DNA from: Myxococcota bacterium | GTDB lineage: Bacteria; Myxococcota_A; UBA9160; UBA4427 | NCBI GenBank assembly: GCA_965250285.1 | Contig: OZ252299.1 | Coordinates: 2,688,001-2,752,000, forward strand | Direction of reading: 5' to 3' | Length of the DNA: 64,000 nucleotides | Shown: piece after piece, positions 1-9,673 of the stretch | Numbering within the stretch: position 1 is the first letter of the stretch | How the letters are laid out: every line of letters starts with the position of its first letter | Position numbers and translations under genes: made by a program | Notes under the pieces: generated by a model | What the model was told of the DNA's origin: nothing | The model's input: only the letters and a program-made list of their open reading frames with translations | Database searches by the model: none

Positions 1-560
1 CCCCCCTCGCCGCCAACCGCCAGCCAGCCATCGCGCGCGTCGAGGGCGACGAGGGCCCGGGCCCCCTGCCCCACCCAGGGTGTGCGATCCCGCGATCGAC
101 CGGCCTCGTCGACGTGCAGCAGCCCCTGCTCGCCCACCGCGAAGAGGCCGCCCCGTCCGTCGAAGCGCACGCGGGTCGCGGCACCCAGTCGGGCGATGCG
201 TTGCACGCGGACCGGGCTCTCGGCCGCGAGCGCCATCGGCCCGTCGGTCACAATCACGACGCCCTGCGCGTCGGCGAGCGCGAGCCGGCCACCCGACTCG
301 ACCGCGACGTCGCGCACGCCGCCCATCGGTCCGAGTCCGCGCACGGTGCGCCAGACGTAGTTGGGCACGGGCGTCGGCACGGCCGCGGTCGGCGCGGCGC
401 CGACCGAGCCCCCCGCGCAGAGCACCGTCATGCCCAGAGCGGCCGCCAGGGCGAATCGAGTGGCGCCGCTGGGCGCGCGCCCGAGTCGCCGCCGTCTGGC
501 CGTTGGCCGTGCCGTCCGTCGTCGCCCCGCGACGTGCTCCCGCGCTTTGCATGCTTGCAT
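1..560 (-). CDS. Secreted beta-propeller-like protein, partial (runs off the left edge)
   Basis: Stop-free minus frame from ATG 560 (alternative ATG 431) to the edge: hydrophobic FALAAALGMTVLCAGG, then GGVRDVAVESGGRLALA and RVRFDGRGGLFAVGEQGLLHV, which resemble propeller blades. Absent from the ORF track because it has no stop in the window. Confidence 0.6.
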   Translation of the reverse strand, partial: MQACKAREHVAGRRRTARPTARRRRLGRAPSGATRFALAAALGMTVLCAGGSVGAAPTAAVPTPVPNYVWRTVRGLGPMGGVRDVAVESGGRLALADAQGVVIVTDGPMALAAESPVRVQRIARLGAATRVRFDGRGGLFAVGEQGLLHVDEAGRSRDRTPWVGQGARALVALDARDGWLAVGGEG

Positions 561-573
561 GCAGCCGTGGTTC

Positions 574-588
574 GCAAGGGCCATGCCG
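574..588 (-). promoter_or_regulatory. Putative sigma-54 (-24/-12) promoter of the left-edge gene
   Basis: Minus strand reads CGGCAT-GGCCC-TTGC (GG-N10-GC), 13 nt upstream of ATG 560. Confidence 0.6.
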
Positions 589-644
589 CGCGGATGCCTG
601 CCGAGCCTCATCCTCGCGGGCCGGCGGCGCGCCGCGTCGCCATC

Positions 645-702
645 GGTTCACGAAGAGCGTCAAGCCAGGTTCACGCGGCGGGCGCCCGGCCGGTTCACGC
701 GG
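645..702. promoter_or_regulatory. Three direct repeats GGTTCACG, putative activator binding sites
   Basis: GGTTCACG at 645, 668 and 692 (23-24 bp spacing) in the divergent intergenic region. Confidence 0.5.
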
Positions 703-759
703 TGACGGTTCCGGGCGCGCGCGACCGGCGCGTCGCTGCGTGATCGGCGATCGCGGCCA

Positions 760-1761
760 TTGACGCTGAATCCCCCCTCCGCTGGAATCGCGCCCGTGGA
801 CACCGCCCTGCTGCAAAGACCGGGGGCCGTCGTCGCCCTCTGCGGCGGTGTCGGCGCCGCGCGATTTCTCCGCGGACTCGTGCGCGTCGTCGAACCCGAG
901 AACGTCACCGCGATCGTGAATACCGGCGACGATCGCCGCTTCTACGGCGCGCTGGTCACGCCCGATCTCGACATCGTGACGTACACCCTCGCGGGCCTCG
1001 TGAACGACGAGCTCGGCTACGGACTGACCGGCGACACGTTCGAGCTCGTCGATCGCCTCGAAGCCCTCGGGCACGACGTGTGGTTCCGGCTCGGCGACCG
1101 CGACTTCGCGAACTGCCTGCATCGCACGCTGCGCCTCGAAGCCGGCGCCCCGCTCGCGGCCGCCGCCGACGAGCTGCGCCGCGATCTCGGCGTCGCCGCG
1201 CGGCTGCTGCCGATGTCGAATGATCCCTGCCCGACGCGGGTCGAGCTCGACGACGGAAGATCGCTCCACTTCGAGGAGTATCTGATTCGCGAGCGCTCTC
1301 CCGACGGCGTCCGGGGCGTCGATCTGTCGGCGGCCCAAGCGTCGACGGCGGCGCCGGGCGTCATCGAGGCGATCGAGGGCGCCGAGGTGGTGCTGTTCTG
1401 CCCGAGCAACCCCGTCGTCTCGATCGGCCCGATCCTCGCCGTCCCCGGGGTCCGCGCAGCAGTCGAGTCGACCCGGGCCAAACGCGTCGCGATCTCGCCG
1501 ATCATCGGCGGCGCGCCGGTCAAGGGGCCCGCGCGACAGCTGCTCGAGGGCATCGGCGTCGAGGTCAGCGCCCTCGGCGTGGCGCGGCACTACCAGCCGC
1601 TGCTCGATGGCTACGTGTTCGACGATCGCGACGCCGACGCCGAGTCGGAGATCGCCGCCCTCGGGCTCGCGGCCCAGCGCACCGACACGCTGATGGTCGA
1701 CGTCGACGTCGCGGCGGCGCTGGCGCGCACCGCCCTCGAAGTGGCGCTCAAGCTGAGATGA
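760..1761 (+). CDS. cofD: 2-phospho-L-lactate transferase (F420 biosynthesis CofD/FbiA)
   Basis: LCGGVGAARFLRGL, VNTGDD, PDLDIVTYTLAG, WFRLGDRD, HFEEY, PSNPVVSIGPIL and SPIIGGAPVKGPA motifs. The true start may be GTG 796. Confidence 0.95.
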   Translation: MTLNPPSAGIAPVDTALLQRPGAVVALCGGVGAARFLRGLVRVVEPENVTAIVNTGDDRRFYGALVTPDLDIVTYTLAGLVNDELGYGLTGDTFELVDRLEALGHDVWFRLGDRDFANCLHRTLRLEAGAPLAAAADELRRDLGVAARLLPMSNDPCPTRVELDDGRSLHFEEYLIRERSPDGVRGVDLSAAQASTAAPGVIEAIEGAEVVLFCPSNPVVSIGPILAVPGVRAAVESTRAKRVAISPIIGGAPVKGPARQLLEGIGVEVSALGVARHYQPLLDGYVFDDRDADAESEIAALGLAAQRTDTLMVDVDVAAALARTALEVALKLR

Positions 1762-2438
1762 ACGCGGCCGTCGTCCCGATCAAGAGCCTCGCGGCCGGCA
1801 AGTCGCGACTCGAGGGCGCCCTCGACCGGGCGCAGCTCGAGACGCTGTGCCTGGCGATGATGGAGGACGTCGTCGCCGCGCTCCTCGCAAGCGGCGCGCT
1901 CGACCGTGTCGTGGTCGCCACCCCGGACACCGCCGCCGCCGACGCGGCGCGAAGACTCGGCGCCGAAGCGTTCCTCGGGCCGGACCCGGGCCTCAATGCC
2001 GCCATCGAGTCGGCGACCGCGCGCCTCGCAGACGACGGCGCCACGTTGGTGATGACGGTGCTCGGAGACGTCGCGGGCGCCGTGCCCGGCGACTTCGCCC
2101 GCCTCGTCGATGAGACGCGCGCGCTCGCAGACGCGCGGGGCGGCGCGGCGGTCGGCCTCGCGGCCGTCGCCGACGGCGGGACCGCCGCCCTCGTGCGCTG
2201 TCCGCCGGACGCGATCCCGGCGGCCTTTGGCGCAGACAGTGCCCAGCGGCACCGCGCCGCGTGCCAGAGCGGCGATGTGGCCCTGCACGAGCTGGCGCTG
2301 GCGTCGCTGTCGCTCGACCTCGACCGCGTCGCAGACGTCGAAGCCTTCCTCGCAGCGGGGCGCGGGGGCCGGCGGACGCGCGCCGCCCTCGATGCGCTCG
2401 GCTGGCGAAGCGACCCCCAGGAGACCGGACCGGCATGA
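1758..2438 (+). CDS. cofC: 2-phospho-L-lactate/PEP guanylyltransferase (CofC/FbiD)
   Basis: VVPIKSLAAGKSRL, GLNAAI, DGGT, FGADSAQRH, LDLD; ATGA overlap with cofD. Confidence 0.9.
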   Translation: MNAAVVPIKSLAAGKSRLEGALDRAQLETLCLAMMEDVVAALLASGALDRVVVATPDTAAADAARRLGAEAFLGPDPGLNAAIESATARLADDGATLVMTVLGDVAGAVPGDFARLVDETRALADARGGAAVGLAAVADGGTAALVRCPPDAIPAAFGADSAQRHRAACQSGDVALHELALASLSLDLDRVADVEAFLAAGRGGRRTRAALDALGWRSDPQETGPA

Positions 2439-3223
2439 GCGACGCGCCCCCCCATCTCGGACGAGTGCCTGAACCGATCCGCCTCGAACCGCTGCTCGGC
2501 TGGCCGCTGGTGAGCGAGGGACAGGCCCTCGCGCCGCTCGTCGTCGACTCGACGCGCCGTCAGGGGATCGAGCTCGCCGACGGCTTCGTCGTGGTGGCGC
2601 AGAAGGTCGTGTCGAAGAGCGAGGGGCGCGTGGTCGACCTCGCGACGGTCGAGCCCTCGGCCGAGGCACGGGCGATTGCCGAAGAGTTCGCCGAGTTCGA
2701 CAAGGATCCGCGGCAAGTCGAGGTCGTGCTTCGTGAAACGCGGCGCATCGTTCGGCGGGGCCACGGCGTGCTGATCTGCGAGACGCGGCATGGCTTCGTG
2801 TGCGCGAACGCGGGCGTCGACCTCTCGAACGCCCCGGGCGAAGACCTGGCGGTGCTGCTGCCCGAGGACTGCGACGCCTCAGCGGCGCGGCTCCATGCCG
2901 ACCTCGCGGCGGCCGGCGCGCGCAACGTCGGCGTGATCATCAGCGACACCTTCGGGCGGCCGTGGCGCGAGGGGCTCGTCGACACGGCGCTCGGCAGCGC
3001 GGGCTTCCGACCGATCGATGACGCCCGGGGCCGCCCCGACCTGGCGGGCCGCGAGCTGCTCGTCACCGCCATGGCGACCGCCGATCAACTCGCGGCCGCG
3101 GCCGGACTCCTCATGACCAAGGATTCCGGCGTACCGGCGGTCTTCGTTGCCGGCGTCGAGCCCGAGGGCGAAGGCCGACTCGCTGACCTGCTCCGCGATC
3201 CCTCGAAGGATCTCTTTCGCTGA
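2435..3223 (+). CDS. cofE: Coenzyme F420-0:L-glutamate ligase (CofE, short form)
   Basis: VVAQKVVSKSEGR, CANAGVDLSN, IISDTFGRPWREG, ADQLAAAAGL; start ATG 2435 overlaps the cofC stop; no C-terminal nitroreductase domain. Confidence 0.93.
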   Translation: MSDAPPHLGRVPEPIRLEPLLGWPLVSEGQALAPLVVDSTRRQGIELADGFVVVAQKVVSKSEGRVVDLATVEPSAEARAIAEEFAEFDKDPRQVEVVLRETRRIVRRGHGVLICETRHGFVCANAGVDLSNAPGEDLAVLLPEDCDASAARLHADLAAAGARNVGVIISDTFGRPWREGLVDTALGSAGFRPIDDARGRPDLAGRELLVTAMATADQLAAAAGLLMTKDSGVPAVFVAGVEPEGEGRLADLLRDPSKDLFR

Positions 3224-3305
3224 GTCGACCGCGCCGCGGGGTGACTCGAAGCGGCTCGACGGAAGGCCTCCGCAATCGGTGCATCCATCCGCGTCGACGG
3301 CCGCC

Positions 3306-3352
3306 GCGCGGATGGCGTCCGCTCGGCGCGGATCGCGTCCGCTCGGCGCGGA
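3306..3352. repeat. 20-bp tandem repeat (about 2.4 copies)
   Basis: GCGCGGAT(G/C)GCGTCCGCTCG twice, then a partial GCGCGGA. Confidence 0.7.
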
Positions 3353-3549
3353 CCGATTGCAGCCCCGTGCGAATGGGTGCCGACCGGCCGGGCCCCTGCG
3401 GCGCGCGACACCGTCTTGCGACACGTTGCTTGCCTACGCTCCGCCCCAAACTCACGAGATTCAACACTTTTCGGCCCAGAACGACACTCACGAGACAGCT
3501 TTCGAAATGCGCCGCGCATGCCGTCGCAGCGCCCAGCCAGGACCTGCCC

Positions 3550-4149
3550 ATGACTCGCACCACGCTCTCGTTCTTCGTCCTGTTCGCCGCCGTCGCGCTG
3601 CTTCCCGGTGCCGCCGCGGCCATCTCGGTCTCACTCGATGCCGACCCGACCACGCCCGGCGTTCAGTCGTTCCTCGCCGTCGACGTCAGCGACGAGTTCA
3701 CCGTCGACGTCGTCATCCAGGACGTCGTGCTGCCCGAGTCGGTGACCGGATTCGTCTTCACCGTCGGCTTCGACAGCGCGGTGTTGACGGCGACCGACGT
3801 TCGCTCGGGGGGCTACCTGCCCGGCGGCATTCCGATCGTCTCGCTCGCGGGCGGGCACGGCGCGCTGCACATCGAGCTCACCTTCGACCCGGTGGGCGGC
3901 GTGGGCGATGGCGTGCTCGCCTCGATCGACTTTGCCCCCGTGACCGCGGGCAAGACCGGTGTTCATCTGACCCACCTCAAGCTCGCGCAGGGCTGGCACA
4001 AGCTCGAGGTCGACTCGGTCTCGGGCATCGACGTCGCCGCCAGCGGCGCCCGTCCGGGCAGCGGCAACGCGCCGGTGCCCGAGCCGACCGCGGCGATGCT
4101 CTTCGCCGCCGGCCTCCTGGTGGTGCGCTCGGGTCTGCGCCGCAGCTGA
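3550..4149 (+). CDS. PEP-CTERM sorting-signal protein with cohesin-like beta domain (paralog 1)
   Basis: Signal peptide MTRTTLSFFVLFAAVALLPGAAAA; FTVDVVI...GFD...GDGVLASIDF; C-terminal VPEP + TM + RSGLRRS. Confidence 0.88.
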   Translation: MTRTTLSFFVLFAAVALLPGAAAAISVSLDADPTTPGVQSFLAVDVSDEFTVDVVIQDVVLPESVTGFVFTVGFDSAVLTATDVRSGGYLPGGIPIVSLAGGHGALHIELTFDPVGGVGDGVLASIDFAPVTAGKTGVHLTHLKLAQGWHKLEVDSVSGIDVAASGARPGSGNAPVPEPTAAMLFAAGLLVVRSGLRRS

Positions 4150-4199
4150 ACATGCGCGATTCGCCAGCGGCCGCGGTGCCCGCCGCCGCTCGGCCCATC

Positions 4200-4238
4200 C
4201 GACGCCCCCGCAGCCTCGCTGCGGGGGCGTCGTCGTTT
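4200..4238 (+). terminator. Intrinsic terminator-like hairpin
   Basis: CGACGCCCCCGCAGC-CTC-GCTGCGGGGGCGTCG followed by TCGTTT. Confidence 0.75.
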
Positions 4239-4688
4239 CGCCCCCCACACCGCCATCGCAGGCGCCCGTGATCGCCGCGCCGACCTGCCCCGATGATCCG
4301 GCCGGGTGCGCATCGGCCGGGCTGCGTCGGTTTCGAGTCACCCGTTCGGGTGGGCCCGCGGCGGCCGACCATGGGGCAAACCGCACAGGCCCGCTGCTCG
4401 AACGGCTCCGAAGCCGTTTCGGGTTCGTGCCCCGGGGAACACACGATTGTGACCCGCCCCCTGCCGGCAGGCATATGAAAAATCAATGAACAACCACACA
4501 TTTCGAATCAGAGGCGCACGTTCGTGATACGCTCTTTCGTGCAGGGCCGCGCCGCATCGTGGGCCCCAGCCAAAATCAAGAAAGACCGCATCTCAGCGGG
4601 ATGAGACATCCGGAACGCACGACCGCAGAGCGGATGCTCGCCCACCCCCCAACCCTTGAAAGCATGAAGCTTGGTCAGGAACTGCCGC

Positions 4689-5300
4689 ATGGTCCGTAAC
4701 CCGCTTTCGCTCTTCATCCTCGCTGCCGCCGTTGCGCTCCTACCGAGTGCAGCTTCGGCCATTTCCGTCTCCATCGATGCCGACCCGAACACGCCCGGCG
4801 TGCAGTCCTTCCTGGCGGTCGACATCACGGACGACTTCACCGTCGACGTCGTGATTCAAGACGTCGTCCTGCCCGAGTCCGTCACCGCGTTCGCGTTCAT
4901 GGTCGGCTTCGACGCCGAGCTGCTCGCCGCGACCGACGTGCGTTCGGGCGGGTACCTGCCGAACGGCCAGACCTGGATCACGTTCGAAGACGGCTTCGGC
5001 AACCTCCACATCGAGTACACCCATGACCCGATCGGTGGCTCCGGTGATGGCGTGCTCGCGTCGATCGACTTCGCGTCTCTCGGCAGCGGAGAATCGGGGG
5101 TCGACTTGACGAGCCTCACGCTCGCGCACGGAATGGGTCACCTCGACATCGACTCCGTTTCAGGCATCGACGTCGTCGTCGGGGGACCGAGCGCAGCCGA
5201 CGGGGGGGGCAACTCGCCGGTCCCCGAGCCGACGGCGGCCGTGCTCTTCGCAGCCGGCCTGTTCGTCGTGCGCAGGGGCATTCGCCCGCATCGCATCTGA
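4689..5300 (+). CDS. PEP-CTERM sorting-signal protein with cohesin-like beta domain (paralog 2)
   Basis: Signal peptide; shares DADPxTPGVQSFLAVD and FTVDVVIQDVVLPESVT with paralog 1; VPEPTAAVLFAAGLFVVRRGIR. Confidence 0.88.
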   Translation: MVRNPLSLFILAAAVALLPSAASAISVSIDADPNTPGVQSFLAVDITDDFTVDVVIQDVVLPESVTAFAFMVGFDAELLAATDVRSGGYLPNGQTWITFEDGFGNLHIEYTHDPIGGSGDGVLASIDFASLGSGESGVDLTSLTLAHGMGHLDIDSVSGIDVVVGGPSAADGGGNSPVPEPTAAVLFAAGLFVVRRGIRPHRI

Positions 5301-5345
5301 CTCACACCGGGCCGCCCGCTGACGGGTGGACTCGCCACGAGACAC

Positions 5346-5383
5346 GACGCCCCCGCAGCCCCGCTGCGGGGGCGTCTTCGTTT
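5346..5383 (+). terminator. Intrinsic terminator-like hairpin
   Basis: GACGCCCCCGCAGC-CCC-GCTGCGGGGGCGTC followed by TTCGTTT. Confidence 0.75.
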
Positions 5384-5432
5384 GGGCCGGGCGCGGCCCC
5401 CGAACGGTCCGGCCGGCCAGGGCGGTGCCCCG

Positions 5433-5470
5433 AACGAAAGCGCCCCCGCAGCGAGGTCGCTGCGGGGGCG
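5433..5470 (-). terminator. Terminator-like hairpin downstream of pckG
   Basis: CGCCCCCGCAGCGA-GG-TCGCTGCGGGGGCG at 5441-5470; the minus-strand tail reads CTTTCGTT. Confidence 0.7.
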
Positions 5471-5501
5471 AGGTCTTCGTCGAACGCCTGGGCCGCGCGG
5501 A

Positions 5502-7289
5502 TCAGCCCGCGAGCGCCGCCTCGATCTTGTCGAGCTCATCCGAGATGCCGGCGGGCAGCCGCTCGCCGAACTGTGCGAAGTACTCGCGAATCTTCGGGAG
5601 TTCTTCGCGCCACGCCGTCTCGTCGATCGAGAGCAAGACCTTCAGGTCTTCCGGGTCGAGGTCGAGGCCTTCGAGGTCGAGATCCTCGGGCCGCGGGATG
5701 TGGCCCACCGGCGTCTCCTCGGCCTTTCCGGTGCCGTCGCAGCGTCGGAAGATCCACTCGAGCACGCGGCTGTTCTCACCGAAGCCCGGCCACAGGAACT
5801 CGCCCGCGTCGTTCTTTCGGAACCAGTTCACGTGGAAGATCTTCGGGAGCTTCGCGCCTTCACGGGCGCCGATCTGCAGCCAGTGCCCCCAGTAGTCGGC
5901 CATGTTGTATCCGCAGAACGGCAGCATGGCCATCGGGTCGAAGCGCAGCTCGCCGAGCCCCCCCTCGGCCGCGGCCGTCTTCTCACTCGAGACCGAGGCG
6001 CCGAAGAACGTGCCCTGGCTCCAGTCGTTGGCCTCGCGCACGAGCGGGACGACCGAGGCGCGGCGTCCGCCGAAGAGGATGGCGTCGATGGGCACACCCG
6101 CCGGATCCTCCCACTCGGACGCGATGACCGGGCACTGATTGGCCGGCGCCGTGAAGCGCGCGTTGGGGTGGGCGGCATTGACGCCGGTGTCCGGCGTCCA
6201 CGCGTTGCCCTTCCAGTCGGTGAGGTGAGCCGGGGGCTCGTCGGTCATCTCCTCCCACCACACGTCCCCGTCATCGGTGAGGCCCACGTTGGTGAAGATG
6301 CAGTTCTCGTTCAGCGCCATCATGGCGTTGTGGTTGCTCTTCTCGCTCGTTCCGGGCGCGACGCCGAAGAAGCCGGCCTCGGGGTTGATCGCGTAGAGCC
6401 GGCCGTCGGCGCCGAACTTCATCCAGGCGATGTCGTCCCCGACGGTCTCGACCTTCCAGCCGGGCACGGTGGGCTCGAGCATCGCGAGGTTCGTCTTGCC
6501 GCAGGCGCTCGGGAAGGCCGCGCAGACGTACTTCGCCGCGCCCTCGGGCGACGTGAGCTTGAGGATCAGCATGTGCTCGGCCATCCAGCCCTCGTCGCGG
6601 GCCATCGTCGAGGCGATGCGGAGCGCGAAGCACTTCTTGCCGAGTAGCGCGTTGCCGCCGTAGCCCGAGCCGAAGCTCCAGATCTCGCGGGTCTCGGGGA
6701 AGTGCACGATGTACTTGTTGTCGGCGTTGCAGGGCCAGGGGACGTCCGCCACGCCATTCGCGAGCGGCATGCCGACCGAGTGGACGCAGGGCACGAACGC
6801 ACCGTTTGCGCCGAGCACGTCGAGCACCTTCGAGCCCATGCGCGTCATCGTCTTCATGTTCGCGACCACATAGGGCGAGTCGCTGAGCTGAACACCGATG
6901 TGCGCGATGGGCGAGCCCAGCGGGCCCATGCTGAACGGCACGACGTACATCGTGCGCCCCTTCATGCAGCCCTTGAACAGGCCATCGAGGGTCTCGCGCA
7001 TCTCGGCCGGCGCCATCCAGTTGTTCGTCGGACCGGCGTCGATCTCGTTCTCGGAGCAGATGAACGTGCGGTCTTCGACGCGCGCCACGTCGGCCGGGTC
7101 GGAGGCCACGCGGTAGCTGTTCTTGCGCTTCGACTCGTCGAGCTTGATCGCCGCGCCGGCTTCGACCAGCAGCCCCATCATGCGGTCGTACTCGGCGTCG
7201 GAGCCATCGCACCACTCGATCCGGTCGGGCTCGCAGAGGGCGGCCATGTCCGCGACCCAGGCGTTCAGCTTCTCGTTCTTGCTCGTCAT
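5502..7289 (-). CDS. pckG: Phosphoenolpyruvate carboxykinase (GTP)
   Basis: [69 protein letters not shown]; start MTSKNEKL at 7289. Confidence 0.97.
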   Translation of the reverse strand: MTSKNEKLNAWVADMAALCEPDRIEWCDGSDAEYDRMMGLLVEAGAAIKLDESKRKNSYRVASDPADVARVEDRTFICSENEIDAGPTNNWMAPAEMRETLDGLFKGCMKGRTMYVVPFSMGPLGSPIAHIGVQLSDSPYVVANMKTMTRMGSKVLDVLGANGAFVPCVHSVGMPLANGVADVPWPCNADNKYIVHFPETREIWSFGSGYGGNALLGKKCFALRIASTMARDEGWMAEHMLILKLTSPEGAAKYVCAAFPSACGKTNLAMLEPTVPGWKVETVGDDIAWMKFGADGRLYAINPEAGFFGVAPGTSEKSNHNAMMALNENCIFTNVGLTDDGDVWWEEMTDEPPAHLTDWKGNAWTPDTGVNAAHPNARFTAPANQCPVIASEWEDPAGVPIDAILFGGRRASVVPLVREANDWSQGTFFGASVSSEKTAAAEGGLGELRFDPMAMLPFCGYNMADYWGHWLQIGAREGAKLPKIFHVNWFRKNDAGEFLWPGFGENSRVLEWIFRRCDGTGKAEETPVGHIPRPEDLDLEGLDLDPEDLKVLLSIDETAWREELPKIREYFAQFGERLPAGISDELDKIEAALAG

Positions 7290-7697
7290 GTCGGGAGGAC
7301 TCCGGATTGCGTTTCCGCGTCGGACTCGGTCGGACTGTCGGAATGGAATGGAGTGAGTTGAGGGGCCACTCGGCGGGTGGGGGAAACCGCAGGGGGCGTG
7401 ATGATGGCAGATTCCACGGGCGGCGAACAGCCGCACCGTACATTGTGAGTGCACGAGACGCCGTCGGACGTGACGACCGACTGCACGCCGATGCCGGCCA
7501 GCGAGGGTGACCCGGGTTCAGCCCAGAGAGGCTGCCCACGGGCACGCAGGTCGCAAGCAGGCCGCACGCGCCTCGCGTCGGCGTCGACGCGCCCGCCTCG
7601 ACGCGCCGTCCACGATGGCGTCCGACGTGCCCCTCCGGCCTCGCGCCGCACACCCGGCTGCAACGATTCGCGGCGCGGGCACCGCCCGCCTCGGCGC

Positions 7698-8930
7698 TCA
7701 GAGCGCTTCGTAGTACGCCTTCAGCATCTCGAACGCGACCGGTGCCCCGACGAGGCCCATCTGCATCTTGTTCAGCGTGAAGCCGAACCCGGTCTTCGTA
7801 TCGGGGTCGCCCATGCCGAGGCTGCCGCCCGCCCCCGCGTGGCCGAAGCCGCGCGGGCCCGGCGTGAGCTGGATCAGGTCGCTGCGCAGCATGAAGCCGA
7901 GCCCGAAGCGCATCGGCATCTGACCGAGGACGGCATCCGGCCCGTCCGACTGAACCTCGATGGCCCGGTCGAGGGTCTCGGGCCGCATCAGACGCACCCC
8001 GTCCTGCTCGCCGCCGCGCGCGAGCACGCCGTAGACCTTGGCGATGCCGGCGGCGGTGCCATGCCCGTTGGCGGCGGGGATCTCGGCCTGCCGCCATCCA
8101 CGGCTGTTCACGGTGTCGCCCGCGAGCGATGGATTGTTGAAGGCGCCCCCCGTCATCGTCGACGGGTCGGCCATGTCGCGCAGGAAGTCACCGAAGGGCC
8201 CCTTGATCCGCACCGGCGCGGGCGAGGCCTGGCCGTCGGCCCCCTCCTTCGGCTCGGGGCGCGGGAGACCCAGCCCCCCGAACAGCCGACTGGTGCGCGC
8301 GTCGTGCTCGGCACCCAGGCCGATGTGAAAGTCGACGCCGAGCGGCTCGGCGACCTCTTCACGGAAGAAGCGCCCGACGGTGCGACCGTCGACGCGGCGG
8401 ATCACCTCGCCGACCAGCTGGCCGTAGGTCACCGCGTGGTAGCCGTGCTGGGTGCCGGGCTCCCACCAGGGCTTCTCCGCGGCGAGCGCCGCGACCATCG
8501 GGTGCCAGTCGTACATGTCCTGGAGCGTCAGCTTGGGGCGCACCGCCGGCAGCCCGACGCGGTGCGAGAGCAGCCAGCGCACCGGCACCGCGTGCTTGCC
8601 CTCGGCCGCGAACTCGGGCCAGTACTCGGCCACCGGGGCATCGAAGTCGAGCTGCCCGCGATCGGCGAGCATGTGTGCGCAGACTGCGGTCATGCCCTTC
8701 GTGGTCGAGTAGACGTTGACCAGCGTGTCCGCCTGCCAGGGGCGGGTCTGCTCCTTGTCCATCCAGCCGCCGTGCAGATCGACGACGACCTCGCCGTCGG
8801 CGACGAACGCGACCGCCGCCCCGAGGTTCTGCCCGCGCTCGATCGACTGCGCGAAGATCTCGCGCACGCGTTCGAAGCGCGAGTCGCAGTGGCCGGCCAA
8901 GGGGGCCGTGGGGGCGGTCGACTTCGACAT
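7698..8930 (-). CDS. Serine hydrolase, beta-lactamase class C/EstB-like esterase family
   Basis: SxxK (YSTTK), LLSHRVGL, WWEPGTQHGYHAVTYG, FGHAGAGGS; start MSKSTAP at 8930. Confidence 0.9.
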   Translation of the reverse strand: MSKSTAPTAPLAGHCDSRFERVREIFAQSIERGQNLGAAVAFVADGEVVVDLHGGWMDKEQTRPWQADTLVNVYSTTKGMTAVCAHMLADRGQLDFDAPVAEYWPEFAAEGKHAVPVRWLLSHRVGLPAVRPKLTLQDMYDWHPMVAALAAEKPWWEPGTQHGYHAVTYGQLVGEVIRRVDGRTVGRFFREEVAEPLGVDFHIGLGAEHDARTSRLFGGLGLPRPEPKEGADGQASPAPVRIKGPFGDFLRDMADPSTMTGGAFNNPSLAGDTVNSRGWRQAEIPAANGHGTAAGIAKVYGVLARGGEQDGVRLMRPETLDRAIEVQSDGPDAVLGQMPMRFGLGFMLRSDLIQLTPGPRGFGHAGAGGSLGMGDPDTKTGFGFTLNKMQMGLVGAPVAFEMLKAYYEAL

Positions 8931-9019
8931 GGGCGCGTCTCCTGCGACGGTGGGCAACGAGTCGGGGCGTGGGCCACGCTGCGCGCGATGCGCGGGTCGC
9001 CGCGCCGCGACGAGCCAGC

Positions 9020-9673
9020 CTACCCCAGATCGGCGGGGTCGCCGGGCGCCGACGCCGCCTGTCGCGCGGGCTCGTCGGCGCCCCCGGCAATCAGCCGGTA
9101 GGCCGCGCGCCAGAGATCGTCGATGCCGATCTTCTTGTCGGACGACGTCGTCACGAAGCCCCCGCTCGGCTTCGCCACCTGCTGCTTGAGCTGCTGAATG
9201 CGCTGCTTGCGGCGCATCGGCTTCAGCTTGTCGCACTTCGTGAACGCGATGATGGCGTCGACGCCCCGCTCGGCCAGCCACTCGAGCAGCAACGTCTCGT
9301 CTTCGCTGAAATCGCGCCGCACGTCCTGCAGCAGCACCGCCGCCTTGAGCGCGGGCCGATCTTCGAGGTAGGCCTCGACGAGCCGCTGCCAGCTGCGGCG
9401 CTCGCGCTCGGGCACCTTCGCGAAGCCATAGCCGGGTAGATCGACGAGCACGACGTCGCGTTTGCCGCGCGTGATCGCGAAGAAGTGGATCAGTCGCGTC
9501 TTGCCCGGCGTCGAGCTGGTGCGCGCCAGCGCCTTGCGGTGAGCGAGCGCGTTCAAGAGGCTCGACTTGCCGACGTTCGATCGGCCCAGGAACGCGATCT
9601 CGGGCAGTCCCGTATCGGGAAACTGCCCGGGCCTCGCGCAAGAGATGATCAACTCGGCGCGCGAGACGTTCAC
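9020..9673 (-). CDS. engB: Ribosome biogenesis GTP-binding protein YihA/YsxC
   Basis: GRSNVGKSSLLN, TSSTPGKT, DLPGYG, TKCDK; GTGA overlap with the upstream aminotransferase. Confidence 0.95.
   Translation of the reverse strand: MNVSRAELIISCARPGQFPDTGLPEIAFLGRSNVGKSSLLNALAHRKALARTSSTPGKTRLIHFFAITRGKRDVVLVDLPGYGFAKVPERERRSWQRLVEAYLEDRPALKAAVLLQDVRRDFSEDETLLLEWLAERGVDAIIAFTKCDKLKPMRRKQRIQQLKQQVAKPSGGFVTTSSDKKIGIDDLWRAAYRLIAGGADEPARQAASAPGDPADLG

Noticed and set aside
3417..3433. sigma-54 promoter for PEP-CTERM paralog 1 (CGACACGTTGCTTGC)
   Set aside because: It has GA instead of the invariant GG at -24.
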